Shown here piece by piece: positions 17,975 through 26,755 of a stretch of 64,000 bases of DNA. The stretch's first letter is position 1; each line of letters starts with the position of its first letter. Under the pieces are notes generated by a model. It did not search any database and was not told the DNA's origin. It saw nothing but the letters and a program-made list of their open reading frames with translations. The stretch lies in NCBI GenBank assembly GCA_949295085.1, contig CASFJS010000001.1:9121-73120 (forward strand), in the 5' to 3' direction. The DNA comes from an uncultured Pseudomonadota bacterium (lineage in GTDB: Bacteria > Pseudomonadota > Alphaproteobacteria > RF32 > CAG-239). Both the position numbers and the translations under genes were made by a program.

Positions 17975-18838
17975 TTATTCTCCTTTTACAAAGGTGTTAC
18001 CGAGCAAGTTAAGTAAACAAATAAGTTTTTCACGCAGCTCTTTACGGTTGACAATCATATCAACCATGCCGTGCTTTTTCAAATATTCGGCTTTCTGAAA
18101 ACCGGCCGGCAAATCGGCTTTGATGGTTTCTTTGATAACGCGTGCGCCGGCAAAGGCAATCAAAGCATCGGGTTCGGCAACGGTGACGTCGCCGAGCATG
18201 GCAAACGAGGCCGAAACACCGCCGGTTGTCGGATTGGTCAACACGGCAATGTAAGGCAGACGCTGATCCTTTAAAAGTTTGATAGCCAGCGTCGTCCGCG
18301 CCATCTGCATGAGCGATAGTATACCTTCCTGCATTCTGGCGCCGCCGGAAGCGGTAACCAAAATCAACGGCATGTGATGTTTGACGGCAAATTGTGCCGC
18401 CTGAACAATCCCTTCACCGACGGCAATTCCCATCGAGCCGCCGATAAAGTTAAAATTCATCACGCCGATAACCACACCGTGCCCGCCCATCTTGCCGTAG
18501 GCAGCCACAAAGGCCTCGTCAAACTTGGTTTTTTCACGTGCCGATTTCAATTTCGTACGGTAATCTTTTGTATCCCTGAAATTAAGCGGGTCTTCTTTAA
18601 CCTGCGGTGTTTCCAGATAGGTGTATTCGCTGTTATCAAACAACATGTTTAATCTTTTGCGCGGGCGCAAATACAGATGATAGCCGCAATGCGGGCAAAC
18701 ATAGAGATTTTTGGCCAATTCCTGTCCGTAAACCATGGCATCGCACTGCGGACATTTGTCCCACAAATTATCCGGCACATCTTTTTCGGTTTTGGCGACC
18801 GAAAGTTTCGGACGCACGTAATCAAGCAGCCAATTCAT
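17975..18838 (-). CDS. accD: acetyl-CoA carboxylase carboxyltransferase beta
   Basis: N-terminal zinc ribbon CPQC...CPHCGYH. The carboxyltransferase fold includes GGARMQEG. Confidence 0.92.
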   Translation of the reverse strand: MNWLLDYVRPKLSVAKTEKDVPDNLWDKCPQCDAMVYGQELAKNLYVCPHCGYHLYLRPRKRLNMLFDNSEYTYLETPQVKEDPLNFRDTKDYRTKLKSAREKTKFDEAFVAAYGKMGGHGVVIGVMNFNFIGGSMGIAVGEGIVQAAQFAVKHHMPLILVTASGGARMQEGILSLMQMARTTLAIKLLKDQRLPYIAVLTNPTTGGVSASFAMLGDVTVAEPDALIAFAGARVIKETIKADLPAGFQKAEYLKKHGMVDMIVNRKELREKLICLLNLLGNTFVKGE

Positions 18839-18849
18839 TGTTTTTCCTC

Positions 18850-19818
18850 TTACTTTAACTCAAAACGCGTCATGGTCAAAAATTTATTTTCCCGATCTTT
18901 GGCCAATTCTTCCGGTGTCATTTTCTTTAGCTCGGCCAAATGTTTCCAGATAACCTCGCCGGTGCGTTCAATGGTTTCGTCTCTAAAGCGGTGTGCTCCG
19001 CCGAGAGGCTCCGTAATAATCTCGTCAATCACACCGAATTTATACAAATCCTGTGCCGTCAAATGCAGAGCCGTGGCCGCTTTTTTTACGGCGGCACCGT
19101 CACGCCAGAGAATAGAGGCACAACCCTCCGGCGAAATCACCGAATAGATGGAGTGTTCCAGCATCAAAATCCGATTGGCCGAGGCAATGGCAATGGCGCC
19201 GCCGGAGCCTCCTTCGCCGATAACCACGGCAATATACGGCACATTAAGCGTAAACCCCTCCATAATACACGAAGCAATAGCTTCGGCCTGGCCGCGTTCT
19301 TCGCCCTCGATTCCCGGAAAGGCTCCGGCGGTATCAACCAGCGAAATAATCGGCAGCCCGAAGCGGTTGGCCAGCTCCATCAGGCGTTTGGCTTTGCGAT
19401 AGCCTTCCGGTTTGGCCATGCCGAAACCGTGGCGGATTCGGCTTTCCAAATCGTGCCCTTTCTCATGGCCGATAATCATAACCGATTGCCCCTTAAAAAA
19501 GCCCATCCCGCCGACAATAGCCTCATCATCGCCAAACAGTTTATCACCGGCCATTGGCATAAAATTGTCAATCAGGGCATGAATATAGTCAATACTGTGC
19601 GGCCGGTTGGCGTGCCGGGCAACGCAAACCTTTTGCCACGGCGTCAGTTTGGTATAGGTTTCTTCCAAAAGCCTCTTGGTCTTTCGTTCCAAATTGGCAA
19701 TTTCTTTGTTAAAGTCTTTTGCCAATTTATCGTCACAGCAGGACTTTAGCTCCTGTATCTTGCTTTCAAGCTTATAAATAGGCTCCTCAAAGTCCAGATA
19801 AATTGTTTTATCGGCCAT
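18850..19818 (-). CDS. accA: acetyl-CoA carboxylase carboxyltransferase alpha
   Basis: Trimmed to MADKTIYLDFEEPIYKLESKI. Contains GEGGSGGA, and the length is family-typical after trimming. Confidence 0.92.
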   Translation of the reverse strand: MADKTIYLDFEEPIYKLESKIQELKSCCDDKLAKDFNKEIANLERKTKRLLEETYTKLTPWQKVCVARHANRPHSIDYIHALIDNFMPMAGDKLFGDDEAIVGGMGFFKGQSVMIIGHEKGHDLESRIRHGFGMAKPEGYRKAKRLMELANRFGLPIISLVDTAGAFPGIEGEERGQAEAIASCIMEGFTLNVPYIAVVIGEGGSGGAIAIASANRILMLEHSIYSVISPEGCASILWRDGAAVKKAATALHLTAQDLYKFGVIDEIITEPLGGAHRFRDETIERTGEVIWKHLAELKKMTPEELAKDRENKFLTMTRFELK

Positions 19819-19838
19819 TGCAGTGTCCTTAAAATAAA

Positions 19839-20288
19839 TTATCGGCCCATCATGGCGGTTAAAATGGCTTCGGCATGCAAAACACCGTTGCAGCTTGCCC
19901 GGCACTTAAAACGATAAACGCCGCGGCACTCCTTTTCCTTAACCACGTGCATTTCCATAATGTCACCGGGCAGAAAAGGTTTGCGAAACTTGGCCTCGTC
20001 AATTCCCATAAACAAAACCGCCCCTGAATTATCGCCGCCGGTAGAGGATTTCACGACAATGCCGCAGGTTTGCGCCATGGCTTCCATAATCAACACTCCG
20101 GGCATAATCGGATTTTCGGGAAAATGTCCGGTAAACTGCGGTTCGTTCATCGTAACGTTTTTAAATCCGATACCTTCGCAACCCTCTTGGATAATCTGCA
20201 CTTTATCAACCAGCAAAAAAGGGTAGCGGTGTGGCAGCAGTTTAAGAATATCACCGATTTTAAGCTCTTTAATAACCTGTTGTTCCAT
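19839..20288 (-). CDS. fabZ: 3-hydroxyacyl-ACP dehydratase
   Basis: Trimmed to MEQQVIKELKIGDILKLLPHRYPFLLVD, with AAGGA as the RBS. It is the first gene of the operon. Confidence 0.9.
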   Translation of the reverse strand: MEQQVIKELKIGDILKLLPHRYPFLLVDKVQIIQEGCEGIGFKNVTMNEPQFTGHFPENPIMPGVLIMEAMAQTCGIVVKSSTGGDNSGAVLFMGIDEAKFRKPFLPGDIMEMHVVKEKECRGVYRFKCRASCNGVLHAEAILTAMMGR

Positions 20289-20434
20289 CTTTTCAATCCT
20301 TATGTTTTTCCAATTGTTAGTAAACAGTATTTTGTCCTGCCTGTAAAGTACGTACTCAAACGCCGCATAGTTTCCTTTAAGATACCATGCCGACAGCAAT
20401 AGCTTATTGGACAATACACTTAAAAAACAAAAAG

Positions 20435-20450
20435 TCAATCAGTTGATTGA
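20435..20450. promoter_or_regulatory. perfect 7-2-7 palindrome TCAATCA-GT-TGATTGA, candidate operator upstream of the FAS operon
   Basis: Read directly from the sequence, about 150 nt upstream of fabZ ATG 20288 in the divergent intergenic region. The flanks extend the symmetry (aaaG...Attt). Confidence 0.3.
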
Positions 20451-20575
20451 ATTTATGCTTTATTGAGACGGTAAAGCGATGTAACACATTGAAAATAGGA
20501 CAATAATTATTTTAGTGCCTTAGGGTAACTTGGTCAGCAAAATCAAAATTTTCGTCATTTTTGTCCATAATTTGT

Positions 20576-20603
20576 TTGCAATAAATTAATTTTATGCTAT
20601 TAT
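20576..20603 (+). promoter_or_regulatory. putative promoter of the lysozyme-domain gene
   Basis: TTGCAA (20576-20581), 16-nt spacer, TATTAT (20598-20603), about 18 nt upstream of ATG 20622. GAGGG serves as the RBS. Confidence 0.3.
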
Positions 20604-20621
20604 AAATACAGAGGGTTAAGG

Positions 20622-22274
20622 ATGACGTTGATGAAATATCAAAAATTTGATTGTGAGCAATATCTTTTAGATGAATATAAAAAAGACGGCAAAGAGCCGG
20701 TGTATTATCCGTGGATTGACGGCACAAGCCTCTTGGTTCCGAGTGCTTACAACGGCGATATGGAGACCTTTGAAGAAGATTTATTTGCTCATCCGGACAA
20801 GCAAAAAAAATATGACAGGTACAATGCCGCGCACCCCGACAACCCGATGGAAATACCGGAGCCGATTAAGTACCAAGATTTTTACATACTTCCCAAATTA
20901 AGCTATGTTCAAAAAGGCTTATCGGACAAAGAAATTATCCGTAAAACGCTGCAGGAAGTCCGGCGTCGTTATCGCGGCACGATCAAACAGACGGCGCGCA
21001 CCGCAAGAGAATATCCGCAGCAGTCATTCAGAGTCAAACTGACCAAAGAACACAAAGAAAAAATAAAAGCATTACATCATCGCCATCAACTCAAAAAATT
21101 AGGGCGGGGTATTGGCGAAATGTTTAAATTTACTGCCAAACAAACAGCAGAAATCTTAACCGGAGCGACCGGGGCTTTACCGGCCGTCACTTATTATCTT
21201 TTGGATAAAAAAGTTCATTTTGCCGAGAATAAGGCAAAAAGTTTTATCAACGAAAAAGCTTTGCCCTATATTCGTCGCGGCGCATTAAAAGCACTAATCC
21301 CGCTGAGTATATTTACGGCAATACGGGTAACGCCGGTTATAAAGCAAAACAAACAAGAAAAAATCGAAAGACAAGAGATTTTAGCTCGTGAACAGGCGGA
21401 AAAAGAGGCGTTCTTTGCCAAATACGACACGCGCAGCGAAGTTTTTTACCAAAATTATAAGCAGGCCAAAACCTTAGAATCAGAATTTCTGTGCCTGTTG
21501 TCGTGCTATGAAGATTATCACGAAAAAGCTTATAAATGCCAAGCCGGTGAATGGACAATCGGTTATGGTTCAAGACGTCTGGCCGACGGCCGCAAGGTGA
21601 CCAAAGGCATGACCATTACCCAAACCGAAGCGACACAAGCCGTTGCCAGACACATGGAAAAATATGTCTACCCACAATTTCGTCACATTACCAGAAAATT
21701 AACATCGGAACAACTCCTGGCTGTCAGTATGTTTATCTATAACACTGACGAAAGCGCATTTCAAAAATCAAAAGTCTGTTCGGCCGTTAATGCAAATGAA
21801 TCGGATGAGAAAGTCTGTGAAGCCTTTTCTTATTATCGCAGCGTCAACGGTAAGCGTAGTTATGGCCTGATTAACCGCCGCGGTTTTGAAGGACGTGTTT
21901 GGACATGCGGCGATATTTCATCTGTTTTAATACTGAGCCCGAATGTTGCCGGCAGCAAACATATCAAGTATTTTGAATATCCCAATGCCCGCAGCCGTGA
22001 TCCGATAGAAAACGACGATGGCACTTTTAGAGTGCGAAAAATCAAAGATGTTTCAAAAGATATGGAAAGATATAAAGTATCGTCAATTAATAAAAGTCTT
22101 CTCGGCAACATTCCCGAAGAATGCCGTAATGAATTGATAAAGAAATATGGCATCACCGAGCAAAACGGAACGTTGATTTGCCTAAACAACGACGCAAATG
22201 TCAACAAGCAAGGCAAAACAATTTCTTGGGAACAGGCGCAGGTACTGGCTCAAGCCCAAACACAAACTAAGTAG
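20622..22274 (+). CDS. membrane-associated protein with a central GH24 (T4/lambda-type) lysozyme domain (550 aa)
   Basis: Residues ~285-428 read YEDYHEKAYKCQAGEWTIGYGS...GMTITQTEA...LTSEQLLAVSMFIYNT...GLINRRGFEGRVW, matching the E-x8-D-x5-T lysozyme core. Hydrophobic segments lie at ~aa 180-195 and 222-238. The N- and C-terminal regions are of unknown family. Confidence 0.7.
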   Translation: MTLMKYQKFDCEQYLLDEYKKDGKEPVYYPWIDGTSLLVPSAYNGDMETFEEDLFAHPDKQKKYDRYNAAHPDNPMEIPEPIKYQDFYILPKLSYVQKGLSDKEIIRKTLQEVRRRYRGTIKQTARTAREYPQQSFRVKLTKEHKEKIKALHHRHQLKKLGRGIGEMFKFTAKQTAEILTGATGALPAVTYYLLDKKVHFAENKAKSFINEKALPYIRRGALKALIPLSIFTAIRVTPVIKQNKQEKIERQEILAREQAEKEAFFAKYDTRSEVFYQNYKQAKTLESEFLCLLSCYEDYHEKAYKCQAGEWTIGYGSRRLADGRKVTKGMTITQTEATQAVARHMEKYVYPQFRHITRKLTSEQLLAVSMFIYNTDESAFQKSKVCSAVNANESDEKVCEAFSYYRSVNGKRSYGLINRRGFEGRVWTCGDISSVLILSPNVAGSKHIKYFEYPNARSRDPIENDDGTFRVRKIKDVSKDMERYKVSSINKSLLGNIPEECRNELIKKYGITEQNGTLICLNNDANVNKQGKTISWEQAQVLAQAQTQTK

Positions 22275-22935
22275 TGTTTTTTTTCTTTCGCCGCAGGTGA
22301 TTGTACAAATACGCTGCCAACAAGACGACATACAAACCGCCCATTCCCCACCATGTCCAGTATTTTATCTGTTTGTCGCTCCATTCTTTGGTAATGGCAT
22401 TGACATTGAGCGCGCTGCCTTTGATTTTGAAGGTGGCTTTAGGGTTTTCATGCAAAATGGAAGCGCCGATTTGATAATCAGAGTTTAAAAAATCAAATTC
22501 GATAACCAAATCACCGTCAATTTCGCGCAGGCTGGAGGTTATATCCGGCGTGGTAATGGTTTTATCCAGCGTATAATGCACCATTTTGGCATCATCGGGG
22601 ATCACGATTCGTATGGGATTATGTCCGATTTTTGATACGTCTTTGCCGGATAGGGCGGAGGCGCCTTTGTTTTGCAGTGTCAGTCGAGTCAAATAAAGGT
22701 CTTTGTATTCCTGTCCTTTGACGCTGACTTTGTAGTCATTTTGGTTTTGCGAGGATATAAACGAAATTGTTTCGGCCTCGTATTTCAAAATCGGCCGGTT
22801 GATGTAAAACTGATACCAGCCGATGACAATGGCCGACACCGCCAGTAAAAAGGCGCCGGTTTTGCTGGTCCAAAAATCCCATACGGCCGTAATGATTTTT
22901 TTGATATCCGTATTGTTACGCTTAAATAATTTCAT
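22267..22935 (-). CDS. hypothetical membrane protein with N- and C-terminal TM helices flanking a beta-rich domain (222 aa)
   Basis: ATG start. TM segments GAFLLAVSAIVIGWY and WWGMGGLYVVLLAAYLY, followed by a basic tail RRKKKNTT. Its 3' end overlaps the convergent gene by 8 nt. Confidence 0.6.
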   Translation of the reverse strand: MKLFKRNNTDIKKIITAVWDFWTSKTGAFLLAVSAIVIGWYQFYINRPILKYEAETISFISSQNQNDYKVSVKGQEYKDLYLTRLTLQNKGASALSGKDVSKIGHNPIRIVIPDDAKMVHYTLDKTITTPDITSSLREIDGDLVIEFDFLNSDYQIGASILHENPKATFKIKGSALNVNAITKEWSDKQIKYWTWWGMGGLYVVLLAAYLYNHLRRKKKNTT

Positions 22936-22998
22936 TTTATTTATTCCTCTAATATCAGCTTTTTTGATATAAGCGCGGCTGAACGGATATAAAGAGGA

Positions 22999-24510
22999 CT
23001 AACGTAAATATTCTTGCAAGATACCGGGAGTCAAAATCTGCGGCAGAATAACATAATCATCGCCTTTGCCGTTGTAATACACATACAACGGCACACCGGC
23101 GCGGCCGTAAGACGCCAGAGCGGCGGCAGATTCGGGATCATGGCTGGTAATATCGGCCCGCAACAACAATATGTTTTGCCTTTGTGCCAGCGCCGCCATT
23201 GTCTCGGACTGCAGCGATGTCTTTTTATTCACCAGACAGGTCATGCACCATTTGGCGGTAAAATCTATAAATACGGGGCGTCTTTGTTCCAGGGCTTGTT
23301 CGACTTGAGCCATGGAATAGGGCTTCCAGTCAAAATTTTGTTCCTGATGAAACACGGTTATTTGGGCGCTTAAAATCCATGCCAGCCACAAACAGGTCAA
23401 AATCAGCGGAATACTGAGAATTCGTTTAAGTCGCACCATCCAGATACCGGGTTTGGGCATAATTTTGCCTGAGGCTTGCGGATATAAGGCCAGCAAAGCA
23501 AAAGGCAGGGCATAACCGACACCCAGCGCCCAAAATACCGGAAATCCGGCATAAACAGGCATCATCAAAGCATAGCCGACGGCCGCTCCCATAAAAGGCG
23601 CCGTGCAAGGGCTGGCAACCAACACCGCCAGCAGGCCGGTCATAAAAGCATTGAATCGTGGCCCGCAAAACTTTAAACCGGCAAGCCGGTTTAAAAAACC
23701 TCCGCCGAAACGGACAACATCCGACATCAGTAAAGTAAGCCATATAAAAACCGCCAGCATAATACCGACAAACCACGGCGATTGTAGCTGAAAACCCCAG
23801 CCGGTTGAAGCATCAAATCGCCGCAAAACAAGTAAAATAACGGCAACAGCCGTCATCGAGGCCACCACCCCGATGGTATAAAATAAGGCTTCTTGCCGGC
23901 GGGTATGTGTTTGCACTTGCGCCAATGACATGATTTTGAGGCTCAATATCGGAAAAACGCAGGGCATCAGGTTAAGAATAAGTCCGCCGCCGAATGCTGC
24001 AAACAGGATAAACAACCATTCAACCGCCGCCAATCCGTCCTCAAATGTCGGCTGCGCAATTTTTGCCGCTTGCGCAAACCCAGGGGTATTTTCAAACGGA
24101 ATTTTAAGAGAAACCCGCTCAGGGATACATTCATCCGCACATGCCTGCCAGCTGATATCGGCGGTAACATACTCATATTTGCCGGCATTTTGCAATGTTG
24201 CCTTATAAAAAGCACTGTTTTCATAGCCGTCAAACGCAAGCCCGCCCTGATTAAAATGCTGTGTCCGACCGAATTTTTCTTTGGCAACCGTTGTCTTTTC
24301 CGGTAGTTTCCATGTCACTTTAAGCGGCGTGCCGAAAGTTTGGATATATGGAGCAAATATATGCCACCCGGGCCGGATATTAAAGCGCAGAAGTACTTCA
24401 AGATTATTGTTGTGAGTATGGCCATAGGCTGTCACATTGACGATATCTTGCGCAACCGCATTTTGCGCGCATAAAAAACAAGCCAGAAAAGCGAAAACGA
24501 TTTTTTTCAT
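22999..24510 (-). CDS. dsbD: thiol:disulfide interchange protein, DsbD/ScsB family
   Basis: Signal peptide. N-terminal domain with CADECIPE. Transmembrane core with NLMPCVFPILSLK and ASPCTAPFMG. C-terminal thioredoxin fold with WCMTC. Confidence 0.85.
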   Translation of the reverse strand: MKKIVFAFLACFLCAQNAVAQDIVNVTAYGHTHNNNLEVLLRFNIRPGWHIFAPYIQTFGTPLKVTWKLPEKTTVAKEKFGRTQHFNQGGLAFDGYENSAFYKATLQNAGKYEYVTADISWQACADECIPERVSLKIPFENTPGFAQAAKIAQPTFEDGLAAVEWLFILFAAFGGGLILNLMPCVFPILSLKIMSLAQVQTHTRRQEALFYTIGVVASMTAVAVILLVLRRFDASTGWGFQLQSPWFVGIMLAVFIWLTLLMSDVVRFGGGFLNRLAGLKFCGPRFNAFMTGLLAVLVASPCTAPFMGAAVGYALMMPVYAGFPVFWALGVGYALPFALLALYPQASGKIMPKPGIWMVRLKRILSIPLILTCLWLAWILSAQITVFHQEQNFDWKPYSMAQVEQALEQRRPVFIDFTAKWCMTCLVNKKTSLQSETMAALAQRQNILLLRADITSHDPESAAALASYGRAGVPLYVYYNGKGDDYVILPQILTPGILQEYLR

Positions 24511-25196
24511 TTGCCGCGTTTTTGTTGAATAACCAGTTTATAGTAGGCGGAAGATGTAATCACCAGAGCTTTCAAAAGGCACCAGCAGCCGAGCGCTATG
24601 GCAATCGGCAAAAAGGCAAACGGCATAATACACAACAAAACAAATGCCGTCAAAGTCTCAAATCCTTGTGCCGCACCACCCAAATAAAAAGGCGATTCTG
24701 TCAGGGGTTGCTCTTTTTTGCTCTGATTATAACTGACAACGCCGTAAGCCAACATTGCCGAGGCCGAAGCCGTAAAGCCAAAAAGCAAAAAACAAGCCGC
24801 CACGGCATTTTCTTCCGGATGCGCCAGAGCAAAACCGAAAATAACTCCGGCATAAAAGATAAAGTCCAAACAGGCGTCCAAAAAGACACCGAACCGCGTA
24901 ACCCCCTCGGCTCTGGCTACAGCGCCGTCCAAAACGTCGCAAAAACGGTTAACCAAAATACATACCAAAGCTTCAAAATACAAATTCATGGCCAGAAAAT
25001 TAATTGCCATCATTCCGATAACAAAGCCAAAAATCGTCACCATATTGGCGTTAATGCCGCTTTTGGACATTTCTTTACCCCAAAGGTTAACCTTTTTTTG
25101 CCATTTTTGCCGCACACATAACGAATTTTTACAAAAATCAGATTTTTTATAGTCGGCGATTAACTCTTTGAATTTGATAACTAAATTTTCAAGCAT
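24507..25196 (-). CDS. CDP-alcohol phosphatidyltransferase family protein
   Basis: Signature D-x2-DG-x2-AR-x8-G-x3-D-x3-D, read as DVLDGAVARAEGVTRFGVFLDACLD. Polytopic membrane protein. Its stop overlaps the dsbD start. Confidence 0.8.
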   Translation of the reverse strand: MLENLVIKFKELIADYKKSDFCKNSLCVRQKWQKKVNLWGKEMSKSGINANMVTIFGFVIGMMAINFLAMNLYFEALVCILVNRFCDVLDGAVARAEGVTRFGVFLDACLDFIFYAGVIFGFALAHPEENAVAACFLLFGFTASASAMLAYGVVSYNQSKKEQPLTESPFYLGGAAQGFETLTAFVLLCIMPFAFLPIAIALGCWCLLKALVITSSAYYKLVIQQKRGK

Positions 25197-25309
25197 GGTA
25201 CGATAACCCCTTTTGTTGCCATATGAAGCTTATTGACTTTACCCGGCTCAGACTATAAAACATTTTTTGGTATTTGTAAAAAACAACTTTGTAATTATGC
25301 AGGTATAAT

Positions 25310-26305
25310 ATGCGTGTTTTTCGCCTTGTTTCAATAGGGTTATGCTTAGCAGCCGTCATTTTGATAATGTTTCGCACACCTTCATACCAGGTTATTGAGG
25401 GCGAAATTTTTGGAACTTATTATACTATAAAAATTCGCGGCGCGCAGCAAACGGCAGATATAAAAAAAGCCGTTACGGCCAGACTCAATGAAATAGACAA
25501 ACAAATGTCCGTATTCAGGGAAGACAGCGAAATCTCGGCAATCAACCGGGCCCCGGCCGGACAAAATATTTCTCTGTCGCCGGATATGCAAAAGGTCATG
25601 CGGGCGGCCGATACGGTCTATCGCCAAAGCGGTGGCGCGTTTGACCCGACTTTGGGACGATTGATTGATATGTGGGGTTTCGGCGCCGGCAAAAAAACGG
25701 AGCCGTCGCCGCAGGAATTATCTGGGGCTTTGGCTGATGTCGGCTTTGATAAACTCGGGTTTACGGATGATTTTGGCACTTTACGCAAGACCAAAGGCGG
25801 CACTTATATCAACTTATCCGCCATTGCCAAAGGATACGGGGTCGACGCAATAGCGCAGGTTTTGGATGATCGCGGCTGCACGGATTATATTGTTGAAATC
25901 GGCGGCGAAGTAAAGGCCAAAGGGTTGCGCAACGCGTCCGCACCGTGGAATATCGGTATCAATCGCCCGCAACCGGACGCTGATGACAACATATCAGTAG
26001 TGGCTTTAAGCAATATGGCCGTAGCCACTTCGGGCAATTATCGCAATTTTTATCAGAAAGACGGGCAAAATTTTGGGCATACAATATCGGCACGTACCGG
26101 GCGGCCGGTGCAAACAGATGTTCTTTCGGCCAGCGTTTTTAATGATTCTTGTATGTATGCCGACGCCTATGCAACGGCAATTGTTGCGCTGGGTGTTGAT
26201 AAGGGTTTGGCTTTGGCCGACAAATATCGTCTCAAGACCGTTATTTATGATACCCGGATGCGGCCGCATTTTTCCAAAGCGGCGGCCGAAGCTTTTGAGG
26301 AATAG
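25310..26305 (+). CDS. apbE: FAD:protein FMN transferase
   Basis: N-terminal anchor and LSAIAKGYGVD, with an ApbE-typical length of 331 aa. It lies directly upstream of rnf. Confidence 0.9.
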   Translation: MRVFRLVSIGLCLAAVILIMFRTPSYQVIEGEIFGTYYTIKIRGAQQTADIKKAVTARLNEIDKQMSVFREDSEISAINRAPAGQNISLSPDMQKVMRAADTVYRQSGGAFDPTLGRLIDMWGFGAGKKTEPSPQELSGALADVGFDKLGFTDDFGTLRKTKGGTYINLSAIAKGYGVDAIAQVLDDRGCTDYIVEIGGEVKAKGLRNASAPWNIGINRPQPDADDNISVVALSNMAVATSGNYRNFYQKDGQNFGHTISARTGRPVQTDVLSASVFNDSCMYADAYATAIVALGVDKGLALADKYRLKTVIYDTRMRPHFSKAAAEAFEE

Positions 26306-26308
26306 TTT

Positions 26309-26755
26309 ATGGAAAAGATTACCCGCACCGCAACCGTCATCGCCGTAAAAAACGGACAGGCCGTTTTGCGGATACATTGTGCGGAGGCTTGTCAGGGGTG
26401 TGCGGCGCGAAACTTATGCGGCTCATCCGGCGGCAAAAATATGGAAATTGTCGCATGTCTGCCTCCGGATACCAAGATTGCCGTTGGTGAAAAAGTCAAG
26501 ATAACGCTTGATTCCTCTCAAGGATTACAAGCCGTGTTGTTTGCCTATGTCGTACCGCTTTTACTGCTGGTCATGACCATTACTTTGCTTAAAATTTGTG
26601 GCTTTGGTGATTTTAGCAGCGGTATATCCGGCATAATTATCTTGATTCCGTATTATTTTGGATTATTCTTAACCCATCGCAAACGAAAACCCGGCCGATT
26701 GCCGGTCATATCCAAAAAGGATCAAGCATCCGGGGAATGTGAAACAAATGAATGA
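26309..26755 (+). CDS. rseC: RseC/MucC-family membrane protein
   Basis: N-terminal Cys motif (CAEACQGCAARNLC) followed by two TM helices. This family is commonly found preceding rnf operons. Confidence 0.7.
   Translation: MEKITRTATVIAVKNGQAVLRIHCAEACQGCAARNLCGSSGGKNMEIVACLPPDTKIAVGEKVKITLDSSQGLQAVLFAYVVPLLLLVMTITLLKICGFGDFSSGISGIIILIPYYFGLFLTHRKRKPGRLPVISKKDQASGECETNE

Noticed and set aside
8792-19749. Antisense ORFs inside the FAS operon (8792..9694, 13097..13981, 14511..15626 at 371 aa, 16003..16557, 18940..19749 and others)
   Set aside because: Every one overlaps a strongly supported fab/acc gene on the opposite strand, and the translations are R/N/G/F-rich with no motifs.
20512-20727. 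71-aa minus-strand ORF in the fabZ / lysozyme-gene intergenic region
   Set aside because: It overlaps the start of the 550-aa gene and its predicted promoter. It has AT-rich, Cys/Ile-rich composition and no RBS.
25290-25309. TATAAT hexamer immediately abutting the apbE ATG (possible leaderless mRNA)
   Set aside because: There is no suitably spaced -35 element. An upstream TTGACT...TATAAA pair is an equally weak alternative, so no promoter was called.
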